A stretch of 61,249 bases of DNA, filler included, from Sphacelaria rigidula (Eukaryota): NCBI GenBank assembly GCA_964200075.2. It is 9 parts of 9 records of this genome, joined end to end, with 100 filler letters (N's around TTAATTAATTAA, not from the genome) between each part and the next. Parts side by side here need not be neighbours in the genome. Positions count along the whole stretch, not along the records: positions 1 to 6,717 come from CAXNAA020018444.1; positions 6,818 to 13,534 come from CAXNAA020018445.1; 7 more parts are not named here. One strand, written 5' to 3'. The notes under the pieces were generated by a model. The model saw only the letters and a list, made by a program, of their open reading frames with translations. It was not told where the DNA came from and searched no databases. The translations under genes and the position numbers were made by a program. Below are positions 1-12,224 of the stretch, one piece after another. Position 1 is the first letter of the stretch. Each line of letters starts with the position of its first letter.

Positions 1-424
1 TGATACTACTTGTGAATACATAACATCACGTTTTCACAATTTTGGAAAGCTTTTATTTTGTAGGAATCCGCAACATGTGTAGAAAAAAGTTTACAACTGT
101 TGTTGTTGGTGTGGTGTTGGTACTTATGATTGTCCCTTATGATTGTCCCTCTGATGGACATGAGCGCTCACAGTACTTTCGTGCATGGGTGAGATGTGCC
201 TATACCCTGGACAGTAGACCATGTAATAAAACGTTGGCGCTGCAATAGCCCCGAAGATTTGACCGACAATGTTCATTGTCAGTCATAATCGACTCGGATC
301 AAAGTCTTCCGAAAGCTTTTGTAGGCGACAATAGAGTCGGGATAAAGGACGTGATGTATCATTGCCGCGACAACGGAGGGGCCCAGTTGTATTTCGATAA
401 ATTTTATATGTTGCAGTGGGCTCT

Positions 425-610
425 GAATTGTGGCCACCAATGTTAATTGCCAATCACAGTAGGATCTACCACGCGGCGACCAATACATATTGGTCACAAT
501 AGGATACCAATTGCGCCCACCAATGTCTATTGAGGGTCACAATAGAATCTGAATCGCGGCCACCAATGTCTACCGCTGGTCACAATGTATTTTGAATCGC
601 GACCACAAAG
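425..610. repeat. Degenerate minisatellite, ~39-bp unit
   Basis: Recurring (g/c)caccaatgtcta...ggtcacaatag..tctgaatcgcg, about 4-5 copies. Confidence 0.6.
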
Positions 611-982
611 GTGGCTGAATGGCGTCGATCACTAGCGCTATGTATGCACATTTTTCACTGTATGTTTCCGCCTTTTTCCACAGAAGCTATGGCCAGCTAT
701 CGCCTCGAATCGTTGCGTGTTGTAAGGGGTATTGCTGTTGATATCATGAGACCACTGCAGTGAGCTATCTTTTTTTCAAAACCTATCGTTGGCGTCACTG
801 GCTGTCGAGAGGTGCTCCTTATTATTGTGTCCATTGTCCAGAGTGTGTACTGTACTCAGTATGCTTTTTTGACAGTGTAATATACTGTTCAGGTTGTGAA
901 TTATTTCGCCAGCCAGCATATATATATATATATATATATATATGCCTCTCTTATTCTTCAGTAAGTGTTGTAGTTTGCTTTT

Positions 983-1058
983 CTTGGGTACGCCTATCAT
1001 GTGATCACGGCTGGATCCCCGGGAGATCAGTTAAAGTGCGACAATCAATCAAATCAAT
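983..1058 (+). repeat. 3' end of a dispersed retroposon family with an (AATC)n tail; other copies at ~1360-1430(-), ~5238-5305(+), ~8178-8263(-), ~26770-26858(+)
   Basis: Shared string gggtacg.ctatc.tgtg..cacgg.tggatc...gggga.cagtt...tgcgacaatcaatc in five places. Confidence 0.75.
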
Positions 1059-1618
1059 CTTGAAGGCAAAAGTCTCGTTTTTTTAGTATGTGAACATAGA
1101 ATGAATTGACTGCAGGTTTACAGTGTACGTCAGCAGTTTAGAAAATCCCATTTTGGCCAAGTCTCGCGTCTTATTTTCTCTTCAATTTCAGCCCAAATGC
1201 TCATCAAGTTCAGCACAAATTACCAGAGTTCTTATTTCTTCATCAAGTTCAGCGGAAATGCTTACCTGAAAAATCTTGAAATGTCGAACATGTCGGCCTC
1301 AGATTCTTAACTGCCAGATTCTCGAGTGCTGACGCGTACAGTAAGGCACGTGTCTATTCGATGATTGATTTGATTGGTTTGTTACCACACATGAACTGAT
1401 CCCCGGGGGAGCAAGACTTGGTCATTGTGCACGAGGTGACCGTTTGCTTCGTGACAGAATATGATGAAGTACAAGAAATTATGTGAAGGAGTATAGGTCA
1501 TTTTTTTTTCGGTAAAAAAATTATTTCGAAAAATGAGGAGAAAAGCAGTAATAGTTGATATTTATAATGGTTTGGAACAGTAACAAATTGAAAGATGGTG
1601 AGAATAATAACAACAGTA

Positions 1619-2913
1619 CAGGCTGGGTCGCTCAAGAAGCGAACGCTCCTTCAGCCGGTTCTAACTGGCGATGCCTTGCGAGTTGTGCCTACTATGACAC
1701 ATCGTGGTGATCTACAAGTCAACGCGTGTCTTTCACTACACGTAGCACTGCGATTCGACAAGCTCCCATCAAACGACGTACCAAACCGTAGTCAGCTGCA
1801 AAGTGTGGTGGAGAGTCGAGGGTGACATGGGCGGCGGATTTAGAGGGGGGAAACGGCTGAAATCGCGTTTTCGGTTACAGTCGGTTGTGCCGCGGCCGCA
1901 AAGTGAGGGTGCTGCAGGAGCTGTGGTTGTACAACAACGCATGTCGTCAAAGTTCCGGCTAAGGTTGTTAGCGTCTAATAGCAAGTCAGCCAGTTCTCAA
2001 CAGGAAAGCGCGGTTGGGCTGGTCAATTTCGGGTAGTTTTCTATGAAAATTTTGACACGATGTACATGAGGTATGTGCGAAGCCCCTATCGTTTCTCCTC
2101 CATTTTTTCTTTCCCCTCATGAGTTATTGGTGAAGGAAATTTCGCAAGACTTTTTTCGGTACAAAATCGTCGACAACTCATCGAGAAATAGCGGGGAAAA
2201 AAAGGATGAAAAGTTCTTCGCAACAGGTGTCATGCACATCGTGTCAAAATTTCGTGGGAAACAAGTTGATTTTGGACAGCATTACCACGTTTTATTTTTT
2301 CGTGACTTGTCCATCTCCACGTGGGAACCCCTCTTCGACACGAACACGCTATAGTTTCACGGTTCGCATTACTAAATCCACCATTTCTTAATCCTGATCG
2401 CCTCAAAGAGAGAAGAAAGTCGACCGCTGGTCAAGCAGGTTTCCACGCAACTTTTGCGCCATTCCACGTGCCTGGGCTGCGCGTACCTGGGTTGCAACGC
2501 TGGAGACAAAGCCCAAGTATGTATTCGTACGATACGACTCAATCACACTAGAATCAAGTAATTTCCACACGAATCATGAAATCGTATGACCCTTGCAATT
2601 TTGGGTCGTTTTGCATTAAATTTTGACACGATGTACAGGGCGCATGTACGTAAACTCCATCACATCTGCTTCCTACCTTTTTGCTTTTTTCTCAGTTAGT
2701 CATTGACGACTAAACATTTTTAAACGCTTTTTTTTTTTTTAACTAAGTGGTGGGTGACTCACGAAAAAAATGAAAATCATGAAGGGGGCAGATAATTGAG
2801 TGTTCTTCGCACATATGTCCTGTACATCGTGTCGATGTTTCCTGGGAAATGACCCAAAATTCTGCATTATCGCGTGTTTACACCCCTGTTACATTCTTCG
2901 GCGGCCTAGCCTG
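1619..2913. mobile_element. Non-autonomous Tc1/mariner-like foldback element with two internal ~270-bp palindromic modules
   Basis: Imperfect TIRs: TA|CAGGCTGGGTCGCTCAAGAA at left, TTCTTCGGCGGCCTAGCCTG at right. Palindromes at ~2030-2280 and ~2595-2875. Same end and palindrome recur from 40157. Confidence 0.65.
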
Positions 2914-4035
2914 AATTAGTGACAGTAAGAAAGAAGGATAGTAACAGCGTTAGCGTTATTTTCAAGATATGCCAGCCATGAATGATTTGGAGGCGTACCA
3001 GGGCAAAGCTGCTTTGATTAAAAGGGAGGACTTAGGACGATAGTCATGGAGGCCACGGGCGTCTACCGTAGTGCAACGTGCTTTGTTCTTGCGTGAATCG
3101 AGTTGGAGGATTCGGGGGCGGACAAAAGAAAGTGAGGAAGAGGGGTGGGCCGGTAGACAAGTCCGTGGCCTCAAGATATCGACCTACTCGTCCGTGGTAC
3201 ATGCTTCGCCAGCGCTCTCTCGGGGGGTGCATGGTCAATGGTCAACTGGCCAAGACAGGCAACAAACGACCGCTAGTTTTTTGCCATCACTATTCGTACT
3301 CTAATTCATGTTACGAAGTATATTACAAGTACTATCCTTCGTTCTTAAATGAGTACTAACCCTTGCCCTAGCTTTTGCCCAACGCTTACCGATAACCCTC
3401 GCGCAAGGGGTACTCGGGGCAATTGCGAGTTGGCAGGCGTCAAATCGGTGCCGATTTGGACAAAAACCCGTCCTGCGCATGCCATGAGGGAAGAACAATG
3501 AAGTGTCTGTTCTACTGAAGATGAGAATATTCGTGCCCAGACCCAAATCAAGGAAGATTTCAGCCATGAATCATTTGGGGGCAATTGGTGGATGAATCGA
3601 GAGATTGAGAGATGAATTGCGTGTTGCACTTCAATTAAAACCCCAGGAATAGAGCCTTCGTCATTATCCACATAATAGACGTGCCCGAGACAAGAGAAAA
3701 CTAAAACACTCCCTTAAGAAGAAAAAAGAAACAGAGAAGGTCGAACGGAACAACATGGTAGACTCAGACTCTCGAAAAAAAAGGAGATGAACAAAAGAGA
3801 AGGGAAGCAAAAGACAAACTTGGGCGAATTTGCTCTACTGTTACTTTTCATTGTCTTAACCATTTCATCTGTCTCTCTCCTATTCCACCCCCCCCCGCCC
3901 CGTTTTCGTGTTCCGTCCTTCTCTTTTGCCACTTATTACGTGGTAAGTCGGTGGCGATGCTCTAGCGGGAAAATTAGCCGGGCTCAGTATGCAGGAAGGT
4001 GAGAAAACGCAACTTGTTCTAGTTGCTCTCACTCA

Positions 4036-4227
4036 GGGCGTGTCTTAGCACGCTAGTTTTCGATCGAAATTGTGCGGTGGAAAACAAGAATCGCGATATC
4101 TGATAGGCAAGTCTTTAACACCATCGTTCATTTTGAAGATGATCGAAATCATGGCCGATCAGATATCGGGATTGTTGTTTTGCATCGCACTTTTTTTAAT
4201 CGAAAACTGATATGCTAAGACACGCCC
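4036..4227. mobile_element. PIF/Harbinger-type (Tourist-like) MITE
   Basis: Perfect 15-bp TIR GGGCGTGTCTTAGCA...TGCTAAGACACGCCC, longer imperfect inner inverted repeat, and a 3-bp TSD TCA on both sides (4033-4035, 4228-4230). Confidence 0.85.
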
Positions 4228-6717
4228 TCAACTATTTTTTGTTTTTACTTCCTCTTGATTCCTTCAAGTATTTTATTCTTCCTACAGTGGTATACTGATG
4301 GATCAATGGATAGATTTAATGGATTGTCGCTTATTAACTGATCGCCGAGGGACCAACCTGTGGTTATTATCCGCAAAGTAGACGTACTCGAGAGAAGCAA
4401 GAACGAAAACATTAACTCGCTGAAAGGGAAGCTGAACAAAGGGGGGGGGGAGGGGGATGCAGGTAGAGGGAGGGTACAGGGTAAACTGAACAACAACAAT
4501 GATCAGAAGACTTGATTTTTTTTGTTCTTATCTAGTCCGACTGGGGGGGAAAGAGTTGAGGCTGATCCCCTTAAAAGAGGTACGTATCTTCGCCGTTGAT
4601 CTTTCGAGAACCGGGAAAAAGGTCTGTCGTTTGTGGGTATGACTGTGTATCCCATGCCCCATTCCGGTACCGCCCCGCGCCCCTCCTCTCATTACAGAAC
4701 AAGGGTTGGGTATGTGGGTAGTGCAAAGGAGCAGGGTTGTTAGCGCAGTCCCAGGGAGGGGGTGGGGAGGTTGGAGATGTCATGGTAAGGTTTGTTCGAG
4801 AAAATTGTGTGTGTGTGTGTGCGTTGGTGCATTAAAATGTTGAAATATCGAAACGTGGCGAGCTAGTTGTCTCTGCTCTTATGTGAAAACAACCAACATT
4901 TTTTTGGGATGGCATTTTTTTCAGTTTTTCGAAATGTTGCAGTTAGTAAAAACTGTGTTGAGGTTCGAAATGTTGAAAGTTTTTGCTGTTGTATCAACAT
5001 TGAGTTGTACAGAACAGGAAGAAGGTCGTTACCGATGCACTTCTCCCTCGTATTGTATACGAGCACTCTTTGTCCTACACCCTGAATGATTACAACAGAT
5101 TACATCGTCTGTAAGTGTGCTGCGTACAGTATAGAATTTGTTGTCTATTTTGCGATAGACGTAATAGTCGATACTGTATGCGGTACATTTTTTTCACAAT
5201 GTGGTATGTTGTCATTGTTCAGGGCAGTTTTGCTTGTCTCGGGTACGTCTATCATGTGACCACGGGTGGATCCCTTGGGGATGAGTTGGAGTGCGACAAT
5301 CAATCAGGATGCGGTATATTCACAGCGTCCGTCTCCCTCTTCCTTGAAGCACACGGGTCATAGAGATGGTTTCCACACGCCGGACAGCTCGTGAGTTACC
5401 TCAAATGACTGATACAAGAATGCTCGCCAGACCCGTTGTCCACTAACTGAAGAGATGTGACCGCGAGGTCCGTGAAGCCAAAACGGTTCCTTGGTGCCAC
5501 TTCGCGTGCGGGCCGTCCGGAACTGGAGGAAGCAAATTCTATCCTGAAAAATACTTTTTTGAAATTATGATTAGTTTATCGAAATGGTTGAACCCTTCGG
5601 GAAGTAGACCCCCACGGAGTGCTGATTTTTTGTTTTTGTGAATCGGCATCATTTTCAGTCATTTTCAGTCATTTTCAAGTTAATATGATGCCTTTTTACG
5701 AAGATTCACAGAACAAAAATCAGCACTTGAGTTCCCAGAGCGTTGAACTCCCCCCTCCCTCGAGAAATTCATTCGATTGATTAATTTTCCACGGTTGTTG
5801 GTCGGGAGTGGTTGGGGTTGAGTATATATATTTTTGGATTGAATTATTATTTTTTGGAGAAAAGCAACACGATATTGGAGAGAGGAAATAGGATGATTTG
5901 TTGATAGCTCATGATACAGATCAGAACACTGGTAGGAAGCAATATTTAGATAAATCATGCGCTGCCTGTCCGACGCGTGTGGACGGTTTTGCGGTGAGCA
6001 GATCTGTACTCGATACACAAGGTGATGTACTGTTTTTTTCCGTTGGGCAGCAACGTTTTTATGAAGCTCGCTCAAAACTCGTGGATTTCACGTGCATACG
6101 TGTGGACTTGTCGATCCCCCTCCCCCTGCCTCCAAGGGTTTGCGTCGGTTGGTGACGACGCTATAGGACACGCCACTCGCTGCGTGAGCTATTGAAAAGG
6201 CACGCAAATCACCACGGGTTTTCCGCTTGCGGCATTTTGCGGCACCCATGCGGTGGTCGAGTTATGTTGCATTGTGAGGGATAGAAGAGCCCGAACTCCG
6301 TGCGAGGGAGAATGATCGTGCTGCTTATTATTTAAATGGTAAGACACACATGGGGCAGCGTGGAACCCATGGCTGTCTCTGGAAGTGGCCATACCAAAAA
6401 ATGAAGCTACTCGTTGTAGACTGTCATCTATATACGATCAGTAAGCTTCGGGCGGAACAATGTTGGCAGGATGCAGCTCACCCTTCGTGCGAGTCGCCGA
6501 GTACATCACGGCGCCTGGCGTTTGGTGATTGACCACGAGCCTGGTCGGCGAAAACCCGGCGTGCTCCGTCCGGTCTTTTTAGGGTTGCGAGGTCGATGGC
6601 CATGTGACCGCGGCATGCAAGATCATGAGTACATCCCGTCCGTCCGTCCGTCCGTCCCCCCCCCCTCGGTTGATCAATGGTCAAATGACTAAGGCAAGCA
6701 ACAAATGAGTACGCCCC

Positions 6718-6817
6718 NNNNNNNNNNNNNNNNNNNNNNNNNNNNNNNNNNNNNNNNNNNNTTAATTAATTAANNNNNNNNNNNNNNNNNNNNNNNNNNN
6801 NNNNNNNNNNNNNNNNN
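6718..6817. other. Assembly spacer (N44-TTAATTAATTAA-N44); the same spacer recurs at 13535-13634, 20352-20451, 27169-27268, 33986-34085, 40802-40901, 47618-47717 and 54434-54533
   Basis: 100-nt N runs with a central six-frame-stop linker. The segments between them are 6717 bp (x5) then 6716 bp (x4). Confidence 0.98.
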
Positions 6818-9029
6818 CTTCGTAATGTATGATTTCCACGGTGGAAATCATACATTACGAAGAAAAACCCAACGCATCGGAAATCGAACCCCCGTTCTCT
6901 GTGTTGGCGATTTTCCCTGTTCGGGGCTCAAAAAGTGGCTCAAACGCCATGAAAGTGGACAATACGTGGGCCGAAAATCTGTGTGCCATAACATCCGGCC
7001 TAAGCAGAGACATCAGCAACATGCAGTAGATTGTGTTCAGTGGAGAGCGATGACACGCTGACTGCTTCTTACCATTCTGTCCAGCGACGACATAAAAGCA
7101 CACATATTGACTATGCACGCAATAGACTGCACGGTGAAAACCGCTCAAGGGTTCTCCGGGACTGTTAAATACGTCCTCACTGACTACACGATGGGCAAGC
7201 CTCCAGTATACCGACTGCGAACACCGCCGAACGGGTGCGCCTCGCCTCCGGTACGGGGAACCAATTGTCAGTGCAGCGCAAGAGAATGCGCCCACAATCA
7301 CGACCTTTTCGTAGAACGCAACTACTCCATGTAGCTCTCTGTGGCTGTAGAGTTATGGCATTTTAAGTGACCTCGTACATTTTCTGTCGCGTATGTTGGA
7401 CAAGAATTATTGATCCGTCCTCGGCACTCTCTGGCTACCCGATGCACTTTCACCAACTGGACAAGAGCATTATCACTTCTGAGCTCCAATGTACATAGAT
7501 GACGTCAACTCTCTGGGTCAAGTGAAGAGCAGTTAACCAGGAGGATATTGTAAACCCACTCCGACATCGTGTTTTTTCTTGAGAAAATCGTAGTATGTGT
7601 ACCTTAGTTTTTGAGACTTCCCAGGCATGTGGAGATATGGGTGGGGGAAGTGTAAAGCCGGCGTAAACCTGGCAGATGATACATCTCGGCCTCGTCGAGG
7701 TACAAGAATACAAGCATGCAAATTTGATTGCTATTGTTGGTAATCTTTGGTTCTCGATTTTGGTACTATTTCTGCTTGGCTTCGGGTGTCGAGTGTAAGC
7801 GTCGGGCTCGACGTTCACCAGTCCGAGTGGTCGCCGGCGGCACTGAATCTCACGCAATTGGTATATATATATACTTTTTTTTTGTATCGCGTCTGCGTTG
7901 ATTTTTCGGAGTCCCATCTGATTCTGTTATGATTTCCTCATGTTTTTTTTGTGGGTAGTCAGCCTGTGAGCACGGAAGGTGTCCGTATCAGATGCTCAGC
8001 ACGAAAGTAAGAAGTACTGCGCAAATATCGGTACGGTTTTTAATGCGAATGCACAGCAAACAAAACTCTGCTAATCTGATCACCTGGATACAATTTTTGG
8101 CAAGTATAAATACATTTAAAGTACGAACAATACGCGCGCGGACGGAGTACGCGTTGACTACTGTTTTATTATTCTATTGGTTGGTTGATTGTCGCACGTG
8201 AAGTGATCTCCAAGGTTATCATGATCCAGCCGTGGCAATTAAATGTAAAATAGACGTACCCAAGGTGAACAGAACGGGAGCACGCGCTAAAGCAAACTTG
8301 CAAACGGAATAGAAGAAGGGAAGATGGAATGAACGGAGTAGAGTGGGCAAAACCAGACACAAACAAAATGGAGAAATACGAAGGAAGGACATGGAAGGAA
8401 GTATGCAGCGGCAGCTGTTGCTGCAGTCGGAGAGATGTACTGCACTGTACTGTACTGTACTCTACTGCATGTATGCGCGCCGGGACGCTGATACTCTTTG
8501 AAGAGAATTCGCCGCATGCAACAAAGAGGGAAATCGTGGCCCACCCCGACCACAAGGGGCTGTGTGGCAGGGTGATGGGGACAATAATATCAAAGCCACA
8601 AGTGGCAAGCGGCCCGCCATGTTGAAAGCTCTCTACCGCGACTCATACTGCTTGCTACATCAGATGTGCATTACCTAATGTGCACCCTGCACCTGAGAAT
8701 AGATTGGATGAAACTTTCGGTCTTCCTCATAACCCTGCGGTTACATGCGCGGATTTTCACACGCCACTGTCTGTTTCGTGCAGACGCGAGACACGTCATT
8801 CCTAACCAGCCTCATTGGTCGTTCTGCAGGCCCAGTCCCAAAAGGGTTAAGGTCATATATTACGCAGCAAATGTTTTTTTTCTTGATTCAGCGGTGGTGC
8901 CGTCTGTTACCAGGTTCGTCTGCGGTTCACAGCGATATGCTCAAGTCGCGCTGATTTGGGAAACTAGAGAAGTTGTGGTGTGGGAAGCGAATGCGGGATT
9001 TACTGCTGGCCCAGCTCGTAGTGTAAAAA

Positions 9030-9160
9030 AAACGTAATGAGCACCGAAATGTTGGAGGTGTCTACATCAGGAGTAGGAACGGTGCCCCGTCTCGAAAGGG
9101 ATGCGTGGTCAATGGTCGGACAACTAAGGCGAGCAACAAATGAGTACGCCCCCCGCCCCC
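9030..9160 (+). mobile_element. 5'-truncated LINE 3' end (module A) with a C-rich tail; other copies at ~6668-6717, ~13420-13534, ~13715-13825(-), ~33915-33985, ~47738-47830, ~50745-50885(-)
   Basis: ggagtaggaacggtgc.ccgtctcgaaagggatgcgtggtcaatggtc..acgactaaggc.agcaacaaatgagtac(gc)ccc matches the 3' terminus of the LINE at 13835-13960(-). Confidence 0.8.
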
Positions 9161-9164
9161 TCCC

Positions 9165-9580
9165 CCGCTCCACACACCCATGCAGGGTGCCGACACGATA
9201 CATCCTGGCATTGGTATTGTATCTAGGTCCACGAGTTGGTGGCGAATGTTGTTGTTGTCTTTTTTAAGGTCAACGATTTTCCCGCGCGTGACGTCCAGTT
9301 CCTGCAGGACCTGGTACGTTTGCCGATGCTGCCTGCTGCGGTGTTTCGCATTTTCTTGCTCCATCCTGCGGCGAGCACGCTGGAGCAGGAAAATGCGAAA
9401 CACCGCAGGCGGCAGCATCGGCAAACGTACCAGGTCCTGCAGGAACTGGACATCACGCGCGGGAAGACCGTCGACCTTAAAAAAGACAACGACAACATTC
9501 ACCGCCAACTGTCAGACCTAGATACCAATGCCAGTGCCAGGGTGCTTCGTGTGGGCACCCTGCATGGGTGTGTGGAGCGG
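9165..9580. repeat. Long near-perfect inverted repeat (arms 9165-9363 and 9381-9580, 17-nt loop); candidate hairpin-RNA/miRNA precursor
   Basis: The ~200-bp arms are reverse complements by direct comparison. Most mismatches are transitions. The inverted repeat is certain; RNA function is inferred. Confidence 0.9.
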
Positions 9581-10386
9581 TGGAGAAGCATGTTCTAGAA
9601 TCATAATTGAGAGAGTACAGCACCTCTTTCCGAGGCAACCCAATTCGCTGTGCCCCGTATCCCGGTGAAAACGGGCGTTGAAAGGCCAAAACAGGCATTT
9701 CTGGAGGGACCATATTTCGTACTATACTGCAGTATTAACGGCAGGCAGGATCAGGTGTACCTGGATATATTGGGGCCAAACACGGGCACATGCACATACT
9801 CGTATCAGCACGTGCCAACCGGATAATTGACCATCTGATTCGTCCACATAAGCCACTGTATGCTCGTGACGATGAAAGTCACGATTCCACCTGTTTTCTC
9901 ACTTGGTTCCTGCCGTGCACGTACCTCAACGCCGCCATTCCGCAATTTTCGCCACAATTTTTACCTGTTTGTGGCGAAAAGTGCACACGATTCTGGTATT
10001 TAGCGCAAACGTGAGATCCCACCCTCCTCCCGCCTCAGCACCTACCGTTGACTAAACGAGTTGCGTCGGTAGGGCTAATGTGTTTGCGCTTGTCGAGCGC
10101 TGTGCTTCTAAGTTAGATGGCCAGATCCTCTACGATACCTGATATATTCTGACACGCCAAGCGGTCCGTGTGATAATACCTGATCGTGTCGTGCGCCCCT
10201 TTCCCTCGCCATTGATTCATTGATTCATTCGACTTCGATCTTTGCTGCACCTCAGGAATAGTTGAGCATGTCTCCCATGTCTCCAACAATAGCGATGTGC
10301 TCTGCAGATACGAACATGAACCATGCCTTTTTTCCCTGACGCCCCCCCTCTATGCAAAACAAACGGAACGAAACCGTGAACTGCAG

Positions 10387-10530
10387 GCACTGCTCCCGCA
10401 AGTGAAGTCTATATTGATTTTGGACGAGGATGGTGCACGGGTGAGTAGCAAGTACCACGACAAACAGGAATTTCCAAACTTGCAGGCGGAGTTGGACTTT
10501 GAGGCGAAGCTGTTCAAGAAGACCAAAAAT
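10387..10530 (+). CDS. COPZ1: Coatomer subunit zeta, first identified coding exon (start exon not located)
   Basis: cag|...|gtgagg, 144 nt, phase 0-0: ALLPQVKSILILDEDGARVSSKYHDKQEFPNLQAELDFEAKLFKKTKN, the zeta-COP N-terminal longin motif. Confidence 0.92.
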
Positions 10531-11186
10531 GTGAGGAACTGTGTTCTCTTAGAACAAACCTTTTCACGCTGCACTGTTATAGTCACTTAGATTGGCTGGT
10601 GCTGAGTCGTGAAGACGTGAAGACCCAAGAACGTGATGCACGAAAGGGAGCACTCTTGAATTTTCCTGTAAACGGCAGTTGTCACCGAATGTGCGATCTC
10701 CGTCACGTCTTCTCTCGAGAGTTGATATGACATCCGCGACCTTGAGGCTTCAACATACAGTGCCACGGATCTTGGTAAGACCGAGCAACACGCTAACGCT
10801 ATTGCGTACCGCCGACATTCGTTGTGGTTAACTTCACGGGCGAAAAGTACATCGAAACACACAACTGGAAACTAATGGTCCCAGTACAGCTGCGCTGTGA
10901 TGAGCACGCCCCGAAAGACAAGTGGTTAGTACTCAGCATTCACCATGGTGGTGGGGTAATCAAGTTGTACAACAGCAACATACGGGCCAGTCGATGAAGA
11001 GATTTTTCACATGGTCGGGGCAACTTGAGTGATTTGTCTCGTCACCCCTGAGCGGCATCCCGCTAGGTGCACGTCTAACATAGTCGACATTTCGTGCACC
11101 CGTCCCTCCCTCCACACATCGGCGCACGTATATATGCTGACTGACGGCTGATACTGCGGAACGTGTTCTCGTATGGCATCTCGCAG

Positions 11187-11273
11187 GTGAACGCTCGAAA
11201 CGAGGCGGACATTGTGCTTTTGGACGACGTGGTTGCTGTCTTCCGCAGCGGCGTTGATGTACATCTCTATGTC
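11187..11273 (+). CDS. COPZ1: Coatomer subunit zeta, internal exon
   Basis: cag|...|gtgagt, 87 nt: VNARNEADIVLLDDVVAVFRSGVDVHLYV. Confidence 0.92.
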
Positions 11274-11525
11274 GTGAGTTTGTGGTCCAAGATCCACAGT
11301 ACCATACGAAATAGTTGGGGACTTCGTCCTGTATCGTTGTTGTCGTGGCCGTTGTCATTGCCATTATTTTTGTCATTGTTGGTGCTGCTGCTGCTGTCGG
11401 TATTGTTTTGAAATTATTGTCTCCTCTGCCGGTAATACAGAGAGTAACTGAAGAAGCACACCATTTTGCGGGGCAAGACAGATTTTTGAGGGCTTTCGCT
11501 GCTTTTTTCATTTCCCTCCGAGCAG

Positions 11526-11612
11526 GTGGGCTCGTCCGACGAGAACGAGCTTATCCTCACCGCTGTCTTGGATGCTCTGCACGAAGCTCTCGTTATCCTT
11601 CTCAGGGGGCAG
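11526..11612 (+). CDS. COPZ1: Coatomer subunit zeta, internal exon
   Basis: cag|...|gtacaa, 87 nt: VGSSDENELILTAVLDALHEALVILLRGQ, containing the ENEL motif. Confidence 0.93.
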
Positions 11613-12053
11613 GTACAAATATGTATGTTCATCATTATCCAATTCATGGAAGTCGTCCGATGTACATAAGTTGCGATTGAAGGTCTACAGTGAATGTATT
11701 TTTACCTGTGACAGATGCATCGTTCGTGTATCATGCTTTCATTGCCAGGGTAACTAGCGCGAGAAAGGCGAGCCCTAAGTTGTGGTGGTCGATTTTGTAC
11801 AATATTCAGGTTCGTTCCCTTCTTCATCCTTTCTCTTTTGTATTTTCTATTTTCCATCAAGTTTGGGCTGTGACACTGTGGCTTGTACACAAGTCAACAT
11901 TGGAAAATAGTACGTCGTAATGCCTGTACACGCGCCACTGCTGCCACGCCATATCTTCTTCCCTCCTGCGGCACAGACACTTCCCCTGCAAGCTTCGCCA
12001 CACTCAACGCTGTCTGGATTTCGGTATATCGTGTTTTTATTGTTGTTACGCAG

Positions 12054-12224
12054 TTGGACCGTCGAACTCTTCTCGAAAACCTTGCCATGGCTTTGCTGGC
12101 GGTTGATGAGTTGGTGGATGCGGGCAGGATATTAGAGATCGATCCTCCGGCGATCGCCAATCGGGTGTTGATGAGAGGGGCGGATGCGCAGCAGCCGCAA
12201 ACAGCTGAGCTCGGCTTTCAACAG
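12054..12224 (+). CDS. COPZ1: Coatomer subunit zeta, internal exon (terminal exon not found in this contig)
   Basis: cag|...|gtgcgt, 171 nt: LDRRTLLENLAMALLAVDELVDAGRILEIDPPAIANRVLMRGADAQQPQTAELGFQQ. Confidence 0.93.

Noticed and set aside
6762..6773. Periodic TTAATTAATTAA motif as a biological repeat
   Set aside because: It is always centred in 100-nt N spacers; it is an artificial six-frame stop linker.
9062..9598. Mirror-image ORFs on both strands as real genes
   Set aside because: They follow from the inverted repeat; no splice or start context supports translation.
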